This document shows, one piece after another, positions 62,542-64,000 of a stretch of DNA of 64,000 nucleotides. Every line of letters begins with the position of its first letter. The stretch's first letter is position 1. The notes beneath the pieces were generated by a model that made no database searches, was not told the DNA's origin, and saw nothing but the letters and a program-made list of their open reading frames with translations. Position numbers and translations under genes: made by a program. The DNA comes from an uncultured Phycisphaerales bacterium (GTDB lineage Bacteria; Planctomycetota; Phycisphaerae; Tepidisphaerales; Tepidisphaeraceae). The stretch lies in the NCBI GenBank assembly GCA_963758525.1, contig CAVWVQ010000004.1, positions 32,001 through 96,000 of the forward strand, given 5' to 3'.

Positions 62542-63978
62542 GAGCGCGCGCATAGTTTGTAGGTAGAAAAATGGCCTTTCCTCGGTTTTGATGGGAGTTG
62601 CAAAAGACAACCATCTACCCAAGGAAGGGCCATATGAATCTTACCACTGCTGCGGAGAATGTGCTCGCGTTGCTGGTCGAAGAGTCGAAGAAGGGGCGAA
62701 GTTATCCAACGACATCAATGAGGTCGAACGGCTGGTTCGCAACGCCGTGCAGCGCATCGGCGCCAAGGCGATTGAAATTCAGTTGACGGGCAAATCCCTC
62801 GGATATGAAGGAAGCAGTCGGGGCTGCAGCACGCCGGGGTGTCAGCGCGATCAACGATTTGTCTCGTATCGTTCCCGCACGCTGGCGACGGTTTTGGGAC
62901 AAGTCACTTTCGAGCGGGCTTATTATCACTGCGAGGAATGCGGCTCTTCGTGCTGTCCTTACGACCAGCAAGTGGGCTTGGGATCAGGCCAACAGAGCGA
63001 AGAACTTGCCAAAGCTGCGACGCTGCTGGCCGCCATGGACCCGTTCGTCCCAGCAGCAAAAGTGCTGCATGCCCTGACCGGGCAGCGTCTGTCTGATCGC
63101 ACCGTGCATAGCGTGGCCCGACGAGTCGGCGCGGTGGCATCGGAGCAGGAACGTCAGATGGCGCTGCGCATGGCAGCATGGTCGGTGCCAATTGAAGCGA
63201 TCCAGGCGAAGCCGGCAAGGCTTTACGTGGCGGTGGATGGCGTATTCGTGCATCGCCAGGAGTGGAACGAGGCCAAATGCGTCACATGCTACTGGGAAGA
63301 ACCTGACGGTCACGGCGGCGTGCAACGCCTTGCCCGCTATGCGGTCCGGTTCGAGTCAGCCGATCAGTTCAAGTCTTTCGTCTGGTCGCTGGCGTGCCGC
63401 TGCGGTTTGGAGACGGCGACAGAGGTGATCCTTCTGGGAGACGGCGCGGCATGGATCTGGGACCATGTTCGAGGCATTCTCGGCGAGCAGGCGATCTGCA
63501 TCACCGACTGGTATCATGTCATGGAGCACGTCTGGGCGTGCGGCAAAGCGCTGTACGGCGAGAAGACGCCTGAAACGATTGCATGGGTCAAAGAGCGTGA
63601 AACGCTCCTGTGGGAAGGAGAGTATCGCTCGCTGCTTCAGTCGTTGGCCGTGCAGCGCCGCAAGACGCGATCATTGCCGAAACACCAGGCGCTGCGTGAC
63701 TTGGAAACCTATCTGGAAAATCAGGGCGGCCGCCTGGACTATGCTCGCTTTCGCGCCGCCGGCTACGACATTGGCTCGGGTCGAGTGGAATCAGCCTGCA
63801 ATCATGTCGTCAAGATACGGATGAAACGCAGCGGCATGATCTGGTCCGACGCGGGAGCCCAGGAAATATTAAGCCTGCGCACCGCACTTTTGAACGGCTG
63901 GTGGGACGCCCTGTGGGCAACTAAGCCCCTCGCTAGAAAGGTGGCGTAATTTTTCACCTACATTCACTGCGCGGGCTC
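62542..63978 (+). mobile_element. complete ISKra4-like insertion sequence (1437 bp) with 9-bp target duplication
   Basis: Imperfect TIRs GAGCGCGCGCATAGTTTGTAGGTAGAAAAAT (from 62542) versus reverse complement of the right end GAGCCCGCGCAGTGAATGTAGGTGAAAAATT (to 63978). TCTGTCAAC flanks both sides (62533-62541, 63979-63987). Confidence 0.9.
62634..63949 (+). CDS. ISKra4-family (UPF0236-like) DDE transposase; frame break near 62690
   Basis: RAYYHCEECG, LYVAVDGV, LGDGAAWIW, DWYHVMEH, IGSGRVESACNHVV..RMKRSGMIWS. ATG 62634 after AAGGAAGG (MNLTTAAENVLALLVEESKK) needs a -1 shift into ORF 62588-63949. Confidence 0.88.
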
Positions 63979-64000
63979 TCTGTCAACCGTCTTTGGCACC

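Noticed and set aside
62634..62720. Programmed -1 frameshift in the transposase
   Set aside because: No canonical X XXY YYZ slippery heptamer; one missing G in a G-run fits the window-wide indel pattern better. Not excluded without reads.
1..64000. rRNA, tRNA or riboswitch genes
   Set aside because: None recognised by eye; an Infernal/Rfam scan of the intergenic gaps would be needed to exclude small RNAs.

Overview
GC-rich bacterial DNA, probably Planctomycetota (Phycisphaerae-like; inferred from six DUF1559-type prepilin genes, PEP-CTERM surface proteins and a Rhodopirellula/Verrucomicrobium-type ECF sigma). The window is a polysaccharide-utilisation island with no SusC/SusD or TonB receptor. 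It encodes GH29, a SASA esterase, two PL4 and one PL26-like rhamnogalacturonan lyases, and a GH92/unknown GH/GH130/GH38 block. It also has a GH43-like enzyme, MFS and ABC sugar transporters, a ROK kinase, a class I mannose-6-phosphate isomerase-like enzyme and two Gfo/Idh/MocA dehydrogenases. Further genes are two DUF6797-like propeller proteins (one next to a PA14-like/5-heme cytochrome c), two large divergent PEP-CTERM proteins around an ECF sigma/FecR-LamG pair, an AraC-family regulator and a complete ISKra4-like IS. The strongest unannotated signal is a repeated promoter architecture, GTGACAAAA-N12-GTGACAAAA-N6-TTGnnn-N16-(T/G)AnnnT, ahead of pilin-like, PEP-CTERM, DUF6797-like and ABC genes; it is a candidate regulon of the local AraC protein. 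About a dozen reading-frame breaks look like sequencing indels. Family calls come from motif recognition by eye; no searches were run.
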